From: Hypanus sabinus
Taxonomy: Eukaryota
Length of the DNA stretch: 64,000 bases
NCBI RefSeq assembly: GCF_030144855.1
Contig: NC_082714.1
Span: 94,054,001 to 94,118,000, forward strand
Reading direction: 5' to 3'
This document shows, in pieces, positions 50,680 through 62,977 of this stretch. The position numbers were made by a program, and so were the translations under genes. How positions within the stretch are numbered: the stretch's first letter is position 1; the number at the start of each line of letters is the position of its first letter. The notes under the pieces were generated by a model. That model ran no database searches. It was not told the origin of the DNA and saw only the letters and a list, made by a program, of their open reading frames with translations.

Positions 50680-53480
50680 GGACAGAAATTGCCTTAAATA
50701 CACCCAACGACCTGGGCTCCACAGCTGCCTTTGATAATAAATTCCATAATTTCACCACCCTCTGTCTATAGAAATTTCTCATCATCTCTGTTTTAAATGG
50801 ACGCCCCTGAAGCTGTGCCCTCTAGCCCCACTCCCCATCATGGGAAACATGCTTTCTACATTTACTCTGCCAAGGTCTTTCAACACTCGAAAATTTTAAA
50901 TGAGATTCACCGCTAATACCTTCTAAATTTCAGTGAATGTAGACCCAGAGCGTTCCCCTATGATAAGCCTTTCATTCCCACCGTCATCCTTCTGAACCTC
51001 ACCTGAACTCGCTTCAATGCCAGCATACTTTTCTTAGATGAGGAACTGAAAACAGTTTACAACACTCAGGATGAGGCCGCACCAGTGCCTTGTAAAGCCT
51101 CAGCATCACACCACTGACCTTTTATTCTGGACCTCTTGAAATTAATGCTAAATCGTATTTGCATTCCTCATCACCGACTCTACTTGCTGCTACTGTCCCT
51201 TCTGGCAATCGCTCACCTGGCTAATTTCGTCAGGAATTGGGCCTCAATCACCTCGTTTAATTCCCAATCATTCCCAGGTTCCACTAACTACGAACACCTG
51301 CCTTCCATCAGCAAATGCAGTAGAAAAATCCGGTGACCACAACAAGGAGCTGTCAGTTCGTTGGTCTACTCATGCACGAGCAACCTCGTTCCATGATTCT
51401 TAGGATTATCAGTTCTAAGCCTAGCAACGTTCTTAAATTCTCTACTAAAACCAAGACTCCGGGTAAAGACTATCTTGGCACCACTTCCGCGCCGGTGTTC
51501 AGTATTTGGGTTCGTTCCGCCGCCACGTCCTTGCAACATCTGCACGTTCATCTTTAGGGTGTTCTGCATAAGGGCTACCAAGTCCATTTACATATCAGAT
51601 TTTGGGATATTTTTTTCCGCATTTCGAAACTAGCCTGCGCAATTATTTCATCTACATGCCCATGCATTTTTAGCATTGTATTTTATTTGCTCAACACTAC
51701 CTTCTACTAGACAATATCTCCGTAACATCTGCAGAATTAGCAAGGAAGCCATCTATCCCGTCATCTAAATCATTCATATGGAGCATAAAACGAAACCGTC
51801 CGAATACCGACCCCTGCAGAACACTACTAGTCACTGGAAACCAATCTATAACGTTTCCTTTTATTCCCACTCTCTGCCCCTGCCAATCAGCCAATGTTGT
51901 ATTTATGCCAGTAACCTTTCTGTAATACCATGATCTCTTATCTTGGCAAATAGCCTCATGCGTGGCACCTTGTCAAAAGCCTTCTTAAAGCTCAAGTATA
52001 AAAGATCCACTGCACCCCCTTTATCTATCCTACTTGTAATCTCCTTAAAGAATTTTAACAGGTTGGTCAGGCAAGATTTTACCTAAAGTCTTCTGGCAGC
52101 ATACCAGTGTTCAAGGATTTTTGCAAGATCATTACAAATTCCACCACAATGTTTAGAGCTACTTCGTTCAGAACCCTATGGGGGAGTTCATCTGGTCCTG
52201 ATGACCTATCTTAGTTGTTTCAGCGTTTTACCTTCTCCTTTGTAATAGTAACTGCACTCACTTCTCTTCCCTACACCCTTAAACAGCTGACAAAATGCTA
52301 TCGTCTTCCCCAGTGAGGACTGATGCAAAATACACATTTAGTTCATCTATTACTATTTCTCTGCACTCATTTTCCCAGCGGTCTTATAACAACTCTCACT
52401 TCTTTCTTTTTTACTTATTTCGGAAAAGCTTTTACTGAACACTTTGATATAGTTTGCGAGCTTATTTTTATATTTTATCTTTTCTCACCTAATGATGATT
52501 TTCATTGCTCTCTATAGGTTTTTAAGAGTTGTCCAATCGTCTATCTTCCCACAATGTTTTTTGCATTGTGATACTTTACTTTAGCTTTGACTTCCCCTGT
52601 CATCCCAGGTTGTACTATTTTTCCAGTTGACTATTTAATTATTGTTAGAATACATCTATACTACATCTTTGCCATTCCCATTTCTTTCCCAGAATCTCAC
52701 ACCACTGATGCTCTGCTGGCATGCTTGCCAGCATCTCCTTCCAACTTACTTTGGTCAACTCCTCTCTCATACCAAATAAATTTCCTCTACTCCACTGAAA
52801 TGGCGTAAATTCAGACCTTAGATCCTCTATCAGTTTTTCAGCTGAACTCAGTCATATCGTGATCACGGGGTTCTCAGGGTTCCTTTACCCTAAGCACCCT
52901 TATCACATCCAATTCATTACATAACATCCAGTTAGCTGATCTCTCAGAAGGTTCAACAACAAACCGCTCGAAAATTCCATTTCGTTTGCATTCCACAAAC
53001 TCATTCTCTTGAGATCCATTACCAACTTCATTTTCCCAATCGATCTGCATGTTGAAATCCCTCACAGCTATTACTTTTGACACCTCTTTTTTATTTACCG
53101 TTGTTATCTGTGGTCCTCATCCCAGCTACTATATATAGCTGCTGTTGGAGAGCTTTTAACCTTATAGTTACTTAACACATCCTACAAAGATTCCACATCT
53201 ACTGATCCTACACTATCTCACATCTTTCTACTGATTTGAATCCATTCTTTACGAGCAGAGCCAATCCAACTACTCTGCCTACATTTATAACCCTCTGATA
53301 CAACTTGTAAGCTTGGACATTCATCTCCCAACCACAGCCATCTTTCAGCAACGATTTCAGTGATGGCCACAACATCATACATGACGATCTGCAAGAGTGC
53401 AACAAGAGCATCCACCTTATTTTTTAACCTCCGTGGATTGTGCCCCATTGACTCCGTGTGTTAGATCTGGATATTTCAAT
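50680..53480 (-). mobile_element. Old CR1 LINE with internal deletions and an unrelated insert at about 51180-51690
   Basis: ORFs 50294-50785 (MRNFYRQRVVKLWN), 51697-51894 (LQGSVFG...NDLDDG), 52874-53083 (AVRDFNMQIDW), 53218-53448 (YDVVAITE). Confidence 0.8.
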
Positions 53481-54032
53481 TCCATTCACTGCATGCGTAC
53501 AACTCACCGAAGACTGCTGGCTGATTAGGTGAATATTATTTTTCTCAAAATAAACTGTCCAATATCTTATCATTCTCACATTCCTAATCAATGTTTTCAG
53601 TGCTGGTCTATTACATTCCTTTAAAACCAATTTGGACTGTGGGCACTTATGTGCCCCCCTGGGGGTGGTATAGTTCTAAGACAGTGTGGGATTATTCATC
53701 CAGTCCGGGTCCTCTCTCCAGCAGCGGTATTACCCTATAAAGCGGTCCTCCGCTTCTGAGCCCTTGTGTTAACGGCTTCATTTTCAGTTTATCACTTAGC
53801 ATTTAACACTACAACCTGGTATGCACTAGTACATTTTTCCCGATTTACTGGGACTGAGTTAATTTCACTGGGGCATTTGAATACCAGCATCTTTCTGGGT
53901 CCATAGTGATACACTAGATGAAAGAAAGATGGTAGATTTAGTACCGATTCATTAGTAAACACGGCGGGATCTACGCGACGCAGCCATGGATTCCATTTTT
54001 AAGTGTTTGTAGTTCTATTTATTTTTCAGTAT

Positions 54033-54080
54033 ATTTGAAGCCACACTTGCCTAGAAATTTGAAGCCACACTTGCCTAGAA
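54033..54080 (+). repeat. Exact 24-bp tandem duplication
   Basis: ATTTGAAGCCACACTTGCCTAGAA at 54033-54056 and 54057-54080. Confidence 0.95.
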
Positions 54081-54479
54081 GGCATTCAATCTCGTGTCAT
54101 CGTGGCAGCGGCCCGGCCTAGTAGCTCTCCGGAGCAGATCTAATCACGTGACACTATCTTGGTTTCATCTGATCATCTGGACCACTCCTTGCATAGCCTG
54201 CTCCAATCATTGCCTTACCGCTGCCATCAGCACGACTGCGTATTTCACCTCCGAAATCATCAGATCTATCGCCAAGCCCCTTCTGACAAACTGCAGCCAC
54301 CACTGCCCTCATACCTCCTGACAGCTGCTACTACAAGAATCTTACCTCTTGTTTCACTTGGGGTAAAGTTTGGAAGTAGTAGATTACTAACGGCGAAATC
54401 CGTCATGGATATTTTAAATAAATTCTTTCTCAGGGAAAGAGAACACATTACACCCGTACAGTTAGTTTCATAAAAAAAG

Positions 54480-57400
54480 TGAAACATAGAAACGTAGAAG
54501 ATCTACGGCATAATACACGCCCTTCAGCCCACAATACCCCTTCATCATCTTATGTACCTCTATCAGTTTATCACTCATCCTCCGTCGCTCCAAGGAGAAA
54601 CGGCCGAGTTTACTCAACGTATTCTCGTACGGCATGCTCCCCAATCCAGGCAACATCCTTGCAAATCTCCTCTGCACTCTTTCTATAGTTTCAATATCAT
54701 TCCTGCCGTGAGGTGAGCAGAACAGAGCACAATTCTCCAAGTGGAGTCTGACCAGGGTCCTTTGTAGCTGTAACATTACTTTTCGGCTCTTAAGCTCAAT
54801 CCTACTCTTGATGAAATCTAATGCACCGATGCCATCTGGACCACTAAGTCAACCTGCACAGCGGCTTTAAGTGGTCTATGGACTCGGTCCACAAGATCCT
54901 TCTGATCCTCCACACTGCCAAGAGTTTTGCCATTAATAGAGAGAGTACAGAAAAGATTTACTAGAATGTTACCTGGGTTTCAGCACCTAAGTTACAGAAA
55001 AAGGTTGAACAAGTTAGTTCTTTATTCTTTGGAGCGTAGAAGGTTGGGGGACCTTGATAGAAGTATGTAGAATTCGAGGGGCATTGATAGAAATGACGTG
55101 TATAGGTTTTTTTCCATTGAGAGTAGGGGAGATTCAGACAAGTGAACGTGAGTTGAGATTTAGGGGCAAAAGTTTAGGGGTAAGACGAGGCGGAATTCCT
55201 TTACACGGAGAGTGGCAGCTGTGTTCAACGAGATTCCATTAGAAGTGGTAGAGGCAGGTTCGATATTTTTATGTAAAGTAAAATTAGATAGGTATATGGA
55301 CAGGAAAGGAATGGAGGGTTATGGGCTGAGTGCGGGTAGGTGGGACTAGGTGAGAGTAAGTGTTCGGAACGGACAACAAGGGCCGCGATGGCCTGTTTCC
55401 GTGCTGTATTTGTTATATGGTTATATAGTTATCAATAATACATTCTGCCATCATATTTGATCCACTAAAATGAAACATCTCACACTCATCGGTGTTGAGA
55501 TAACACTTATCCATCTGCCACTACTCAGCACAGATTTGCATTCTATTAATGTCCCGCTGTACCCTCTGACAGACCTTCAAACAAACTACAACACTCACAC
55601 TCTTTGTGTCATCAGTAAATTTTCTAAGACATCCCTTCTCTTCTTCATGCAGATTAGTTATAAAAGTCACGAAGAGAAGGGGTCCCAGAACAGATCCCAG
55701 AACACTGCCCACCGACCTTCATGCAGTATATGTCCCGTTTGTAACCACTCTTTGTCCAATTCCAATTCCGGATCCACAAAGCAAGGTCCCCTCCGATCCC
55801 ATGACTCGTTACTTTCTCAATAAGTCTTGCATGGGGTACCTTATCAAATGACTTGCTGAAATCCGTATACACTACATCTACTGCTCTACCTTCATCAACA
55901 TGTTTGGTCACATCCTCAAAAAATTCAATCAGGCTCGAGGTAAAATATTCATTAAGTACCTCAGCTATCTCCTCCGGTCCATACACACTTTTCCACCGTC
56001 ACACTTAATTGGTCCTATTCTCTCACGACTACATCCGCATGCTCGTCACATGCTTGTAAAATGCCTTGTGGTTTTCCTTAGTTCTGCCCGCCATGGCCTT
56101 CTCACGGCCCCTTTCTGGCTCTCTAAATTCCCTTCTTAAGCTCCTTCCTGGTAGCCTTATAATCTTCTAGATCTCTAACATTACCTAGATCTGTGAATCT
56201 TTCTTGTGCTTTTCTTTTCTTCTTGATTTTCTACAGCACGGTTCCTGTACCCAACCATAACTTCCCTGTCTCATTGGAACGTACCTATATAAAACACTAC
56301 GCAAATATCCCCTATCTGCTCCTCGATATCACTGTTACTATTTAAAAAAAAACAATGAAGTTATTGACCCCTTCCTGTTCCAAACCTCCATCCAAGAGAC
56401 ACTGTAGACAATCCCTCCATGGTGTCCATCTTTTCTGCAGCCGTACAACTAACTCAGATCAACAGTGCCACTCCTCCCTCCATCTCCTTTCAGAAACATC
56501 TAAAACCTGGCACCTAAAGTAACAATTTATGGCCCGAAGCTATCCAAGTCTCGTAATGGCCACCACATCATATCTCCAAGTACTGATCCACACTCTAAGC
56601 TCATCTGCTTTGTTCACAACACGCCTTGCGCTAAAATAGAAACTTCTCAAGCCGTCGGTCTGATCGCGTCCCTTCTCTATCGCATGCTTATCCTCCCTGA
56701 CACACTCTATCCAAGCTTTCTCTATTTGTGAACCTACCGCTTCTTCCCCAGTCTCTTCAGTTCGGCTACAACAGCCCAACAGTTTAAACTCTCCCTATCT
56801 GCCTCAGCTAAACTCCCCAGCAGGATATAGGTTCCAAGATTCAACTCCAACCCGTCCTATTTGTACAGGTCACACCTGCCCCAAAAGAGGTCCCAATGAT
56901 CCAGAGCTCTGTATCCCCGTCCCCTGTCCCAATCCCCCAGCCAGGCATATTCCTCCAACTTATCCTATTCATATTTTCACTGTCACGTGGCACAGGCTTT
57001 AATCCCCAGATTACCATCTTTGCGGTCCTGCTTCTCATCAACTTCCTTCCTAAGTCCCTGTAGTCTTTTATCAGGACCTCATAAATCTTCCTACCTATAT
57101 CATTTGTTCCAGTATGTACCACGACCTCTGGCTGTTCTCCCTCTCACCGCAGGATATCTTGGATGCGATCCGAAACATCTCGGACCCTGACACCTGGGAG
57201 GCAAACTACCATCCGAATTTCTTTCCTGCGTCCACAGAATCGCCTGTCTGATTCCCCAACTATGGAGTCCCTTATCACTTCTGCCTTTCTGTTCCCTTCC
57301 CTACCGTTCTCAGCTACAGAGCCAAATTCTGTGCCAGAGGGACACCCACTGCCGCATTCCCCAGGTAGGCTGTCTCTACCCCTCCTACAGTACTCAAACA

Positions 57401-57850
57401 GGAGTACTTGTTGTCAAGGGGTACAGCCACAGGGGTAATCTCTAGTACCTGAGTCTTCCCCTTTCTCTTCCTGACTGACACGCTCCTCTGTCTCCTGTGG
57501 CCCCCGTGTGACCACCTGCCTGTATCTCCTCTCTATCACCTCCTCGCTCTCCCTGACTTGGCAAAGGCCATCGAGCTGCATCTCCAGTTCCCTAACTTGG
57601 TCCCTTAGAAGCTGCAGCTCCACAGACCTGATGCAGATATGGCCGTCCCGGAGGCCGGGAGACTCCAGGATCCACCACATCTGACACTGAAGACAAAACT
57701 GGCCTCACACACATACCTCCTACCTCGCCTCGCATCGATACCGCCTAAACCCACTGAGCCAACGCCATATCACTCTCTGCTACTTCTCACTCCGCTGGAT
57801 GTGGCGGCTTCTTTTTAAACATTTTGCGTTCTGCTGGGTGACGTCACACG
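54480..57850 (-). mobile_element. CR1 LINE spanning 5' region to 3' end with deletions; interrupted by an opposite-strand CR1 3' end at 54939-55433
   Basis: ORFs 54468-54776, 55654-55986 (VYTDFSKSFDKVPH), 56540-56779 (YDVVAIT), 56841-57122 (VHTGTNDIGR), 57414-57680; host sequence gccattaata|..cattctgcc resumes after the insert. Confidence 0.85.
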
Positions 57851-58039
57851 CTTGCGCAGTCTCGCCTCTCTTTAACCCGTGTGGTAAAAAAACTCAATGG
57901 CTTCAAAAAATCAGCAGTTCGCTCGCAGCCGTCTTGCTCTGAATTAAAAAAAAACCGTCGAAGATTCCTTGCCTTGTTAAACCTTTCGCGCTTTGGCCCC
58001 TTTCCATATCTAACTTGCACCCACAGAGACCCAGTGGGC

Positions 58040-59300
58040 AATAACTCCATGATTTCCTCATTTTCTACAGGCGTGACACTATCTCTGACCAGCAGTGCAA
58101 CATCTCTACATCATTTGCCCCCCACCCCGTCGATTCTGAAACATCTAAAGCCTGGCACTCCAAGTGACCGTTCCTAACCCTGAGCAATACAAGTATCTGT
58201 AAAGACCACAACATCATCGATCCATGTACTGATCCCCGCTCTAGGCTCATCCGCTTTGTTCATGATGTTCCTTGCATTAAAACAGTCACATCTCACATCA
58301 TCGGTCTGACCGTATCCATAATCTATCACCTGCCTATCGTCCCTCTAACACTGTCTCCAAGCTTTCTCCGATTGTGAGCCAATCGCCTCTTACTCCTTCT
58401 TCACCGTTCGGTTCGCAACCTCCGCAATTCTAGTTTAAACTCTCCCCAAGAGCAAACCTTCCTGCCAGGATATTGATTCCTCTAGGAATGAAGTGCATCC
58501 GGTCTTTTTTATACAGGTCACGCTTGTCCCAACTGAGACCAAACTCTGTGCCAGAGTCGTGGCCACTTTTGCTTTCCCCACGTAGGCCGTCCACAACCCC
58601 CCCCCCCCACAACGCACAAACAATACCAAATATGAATACTTATTGTTAAGGGGGGCAGCCACAGGGGCACTCTCTAGTATCTGACTCTGATTGTGAGCCG
58701 ATCGCCTCTTCCTCCTTCTTTACTGTTCGGTCCCTGAACCCCAGCAATTCTACTTTAAACTCTCCTCAAGAGCAAGCCTCCATGCAAGGATATTGATCCG
58801 TCTGGGAATCCAGTGCAATTCGTCCCAATTATCCAGATATCGGAATCCCTGCACGCTGCTCGAGTCCCTCAGTCCACGAATTTATCCTCCACCTCACTCT
58901 ATTCCTATACTTACTGTCGCTTGGCAGAGGCTTTAAGCCCGAGACGACTGCATTTGAGGTCCTACTTCTCAACTTCCTTCATATATCCCTGTAGTCTGAC
59001 TTCAGGGCTTCCTCCCTTTACCTACCTATGTTGCAGTGCCAATATGTAGCACGACCTCTAACCGTTCTCCTTCCAACTTCAGGATATCGTGGACACGATC
59101 AGAAATATCTCGGACTCTGGCCATTGTGAAGCAATCTACCATTGGTGTTTCTTTCCTGCGTCCACAGAATGGCCTGTATAACCTCCTAGCTACAGAGTAC
59201 CCTATTACTGCTGCCTTCTCCCTTCCCTTAACTTTCTGAAGCACAGGACCAGACTCTGTGTCAGAGTCGCAGCTGCTGTTGCTTTCCCCAGGTAGGCCAT
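58040..59300 (-). mobile_element. Cluster of partially duplicated CR1 ORF1/endonuclease-start fragments
   Basis: gattgtgagcc.atcgcctctt at 58370 and 58689; actctgtg.cagagtcg at 58543 and 59252; ORFs with KDRMHF..RG.NILAG and VIGYSVARRLYRPFCG. Confidence 0.75.
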
Positions 59301-60089
59301 TCACCCCCCCCCCCCCTCAATTTTCTTTCTCGCGCAAATAGTTACCGCGGTAAGGCGGTTCCGTTGATTCGTACATTCAGTAAAACGGTTTGCAAAGAGC
59401 TCAGCGGGGTCTCATGAGTCCGCAGAAGAGGGAGTCCGATCCTCCGAGATGGGACTATTCTTCCCGCGGGGATTATGGCGTTTCCTGCTGAGAACAGCTT
59501 TACGGATCAAAGTGGCCAATTGTCCGCTTACCGCGTCTGTGTCACTGGGACTCAGTCGCCGCTTTCTGGAGAGGGTTGAGGGAGGAAAAGGAAAATACGG
59601 GGCCCCTTGTTTTCCAAGAAGCTGCCGGAAAAGGAAATAGCCGCTTGAAGAGACAGTGTTCCTTCTCCAGAGAAACCGGTGCAAAAGAAAGTCTTGACTG
59701 CCGCGGCTTCAGGAGACAACGAGCACTTCTTTAGAAATCCAGTCGATAGAATGTTAAAGGGCTCTCCCCTGTGTCTGAGTTTCCATTCTGATTCAACAGT
59801 TACGTATTGCCACTCCGGCAAAACTCCTCTTCCCACTAAAGGGGCAGGGTCAACAATCATCTGGATCTCATACGTCTGTGGATGGCCTACCACAAAGGGA
59901 CAACGAACTGCCATAATCTCCTAGCTAGCAATTGAAGAGAGATCCGAGGCAACTTACAAAGGAACTGGAGGAACTCAGCGGGTCAGGGCGTATCTTTGAA
60001 GGGAAGTGGACAGTGGACATTTCATGTCAGGACCTATGCTTATAAGGAAGGCAGATAGTCCCCGAAATATACAGCCCCCAGTCTCCCAC

Positions 60090-60770
60090 GTCAACATGTT
60101 GTTATTAGACTAAATAAATGTGTTATTAAAATATTGGCATCGGTATTTGTTTATTATTGAGGCATGCACCAAAGTAGAGTGAAAAACTTGTATAGGATGC
60201 TGCTTAGAGAGATGAAATCATTACACAATGCAATAAGGTAGTGTAAAATAATTACAATGCAGAATAAAGTGCAACAACTGCAGAGAAATTGCAGTGCCGG
60301 TAAATAATGAATTGCAAATAATATCCAGGTAGATTGTAAAGCCAGAATTCCATCCATAGAAGAGGTCCGGAAACGATTCTCATAACAGTGGACATAAGCT
60401 GCCCTTGGGCCCGGTGGTACGTACCTTTAAGGCCTTTGTATTTCTGCTTGTTGGGAGAGCAAAGAAGACAGAATGTCCGGGGTGGGTGGGGTCTTTCATT
60501 ATTGTTTACTGAGGCTGGTTTCCGTGGTATGCTGAGTTCTGTTCACAATTCTCTGTAATTTTTCCTGGCTCTGGTTATAGCGTCCGCCATAGACCTGTTC
60601 GGAGGTAGGTGAATTGCTGCGGGTCTAGGTTGTCCAGAAAGCTGGAGTGGATACGTGCCATGAAGAGGCTGTCGGAGCTTTTCATGATGCCAGATGTCAA
60701 AGCCACTGTGCGGTGGTCTTTAAGGCATGGACTTTTGTTTTTCTTAAGTAATGGAATGATAGTGGTCTAC
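60090..60770 (-). mobile_element. Rex/Babar-type LINE 3' fragment
   Basis: AT-rich tail, gaagctgcccttgggcccggtggtac...aggcctttgtatttctgc segment and RT-end remnants; similar fragments at 850-960, 1070-1300, 3235-3490 and 5420-5820. Confidence 0.6.
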
Positions 60771-62753
60771 TTAAAGTAGGAGTGAAGTAAGCCTTAATGC
60801 AGGGCTTGTTAGATTTCACTGTCAGTTGATCTGCATAGAATCTAGCGTCATGGCCAAATGCACAATCCTGGCCCAATTCAATCGGTATGAACTAGAAAGA
60901 GCTTAAAAGTACGTTGCATTGACTTGAGGGATCGAGTTGCAAGGGTAGGTTGAGTAGACTAGGACTGTTCTCTGGAATGTTATAGATTGAAAAGTGACCT
61001 GACAGGCACATAAGATCATGTAGAACGAAGGCAAGGCGAAAACACGCCGTCTTTTTTCCAGGTAAAGGACGCTAAGAAGAGCACAAAGGTTTAAGATCAG
61101 ATGCGAGAGATTTAAGAGGAAAATCAGGTGCTGTTTTTCATGCAAAGGGTGGTGTATATTTGAATGGAGCTGTCAGATACTGAGGTCGAGGCGCGTACAT
61201 TAACAACGTTTATAAGCTATCTAAAACATTTGAAGGATAGGACAGGGTTAGCGGTCTATGGGCCAAAAGCGTCCAGATGGGACGGACATTGGGCCAAAGG
61301 GCCGCTTTGAGCACTGTGTGAGTCTATGATATCACTGTTGCTTCCGAGAAACAGACAGGAATGTTTCTGGAGATCGAGTCCAGGTAAACAAAGATTCAAA
61401 ACGGGGGACAAAGGGCCTTTGTGCAGGAGGTCGTTGTAATCAGGAACTAAAGCCCAAAAACTCTGGAAATATTTAATAATCATAACATAGAAAAAAAAAC
61501 AGAGCGACATGCCCTTCGGCCCACGATGTATTTTGCTGAATCCGGTGAGAAATAAAAATAATTCTCGTTTACGTGAACGTGATCCATGTCGTGACATATT
61601 GATATTTTTGTCTAACAGACACTTAAACGCCTCTGTCATAAATACAAGAAATTTAGGAGCTGTTGCAAATCCAGAGCAACAGACACAAAATACTGGACGA
61701 CCTCAGCAGGCTAGAAAGCAACTGTGGAAAGGAATAATGGAATATGACCCATATTTTTCTCCTTTAACAGTCCCCTACATCGGTCCCTGAGGGACACCAC
61801 TTGACACAAACCTCTATCACGAAAATGTGCGTATGTGTGCGTATACATATGTTTATGTGTGTATATGATGTGTTTTTCTTCCAATATATTAGAACCACTT
61901 AGTGCAATCAAACACTCAGTGTAATTGGTTTATTATTGTACGGAGGAACAGTGAAAAAATCTTCCTTTCACGTGAAGTTCAGAGAGATCGTTTCGTCGCA
62001 TCAGTACGAGTCCCATTCGTCATTGTCAGCGCACACCATGCCACCCTCCTACCCCCACCCTCCTCTATATTTAGCTTCATACCTCATCCGCTTAACCTGC
62101 CTGCAAAACTACTTTTTAACTTCAACTTCTGTGGAAATATCCAGAAGGAATCCCGAGTGAAAAAGAGCCGCGCTGCCCATTGTGCGGTTTTCAGGCGAGA
62201 AGTTAAACTGAAGCCGGTCTATTCATTACCACTCCACTGAAAACAGGAGAAAGTGAGCTCTTTCCGTCCCTGGAGCCAATGTCTATCAATCCAGACCAGA
62301 CAGCATTACGTGAATGGTTTGTGGGAGCTTTCTGTGTAAATATTGGTCGGTGCCTTTACAATGCTGCAACATCGATTAGAAAAACACACCATTGTGTTTT
62401 AAACAGCTTTGGAACGCAAGAGGCGTGATACATTTTAGAAACTTCTTCACCCGCCTTCAACACAACCATCGCCGCATGGAAACATCGTTAAACCACTTCA
62501 TCAAACACTTCTAGTTTTAAAATTAACCCCGAGATAGTAGCTGTCCACCCAACTGTATGTACTTTTCTGGAGGTAGACTTCCTGTCCTAATTAGGCCTTC
62601 ATGATAAACCTAACCAGAGTTCTGTCTATAGTCTCACAGACTAGAGTTAGCACTGTGTAGAGTGCTTTGAGTGTGGTCTGACCAAAGCGAGTAAGCGTGT
62701 ATATTTTCTATGTGTTTGCAAACCGCGTTCCATCTGCGTGTACCTGACCCGGA

Positions 62754-62871
62754 GTAAACAGGAAACCCGCAGAACGCCTCTCCCTTTTTCCAATACAACC
62801 AAACATTTACTAATCAGCATTACATTTGCTTCTCATCAATTACAAAGGATCTCGCCCCCTCCCTTGCGTCA
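62754..62871 (+). promoter_or_regulatory. Candidate proximal promoter of the VJ-type gene
   Basis: GTAAACAGGAAA (FOX:ETS composite-like) 62754-62765, GC-box-like CGCCCCCTCCC 62853-62863, TGCGTCA 62865-62871, within 180 nt of the ATG. Motif matches only. Confidence 0.3.
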
Positions 62872-62934
62872 AATTTACAAACCGATGAACACGCGTCTGC
62901 GATTAAGACCCGGAGTTTAACTCGGTCACGAACA

Positions 62935-62977
62935 ATGAGATGCTGCGCGGTCTTCGCGCTCTCTTTTTTAGTGCAAG
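62935..62977 (+). CDS. Leader exon of VJ-type receptor (MRCCAVFALSFLVQ + 1 nt)
   Basis: ATG 62935, hydrophobic core, strong donor CAAG|GTGAGC at 62978, phase 1 matches the next exon; 686-nt intron. Confidence 0.82.

Noticed and set aside
27545-50785. ORFs containing long X runs (7501, 27545, 27573, 31958, 31983, 50248-50785)
   Set aside because: Artefacts of reading through N gaps.
59552-59914. Minus-strand 120-aa ORF with C...TFFC...GEGT pattern suggesting a degenerate V domain
   Set aside because: No Trp at the C-strand position, no D-x-x-x-Y-x-C, no signal peptide and no phase-1 acceptor in frame.
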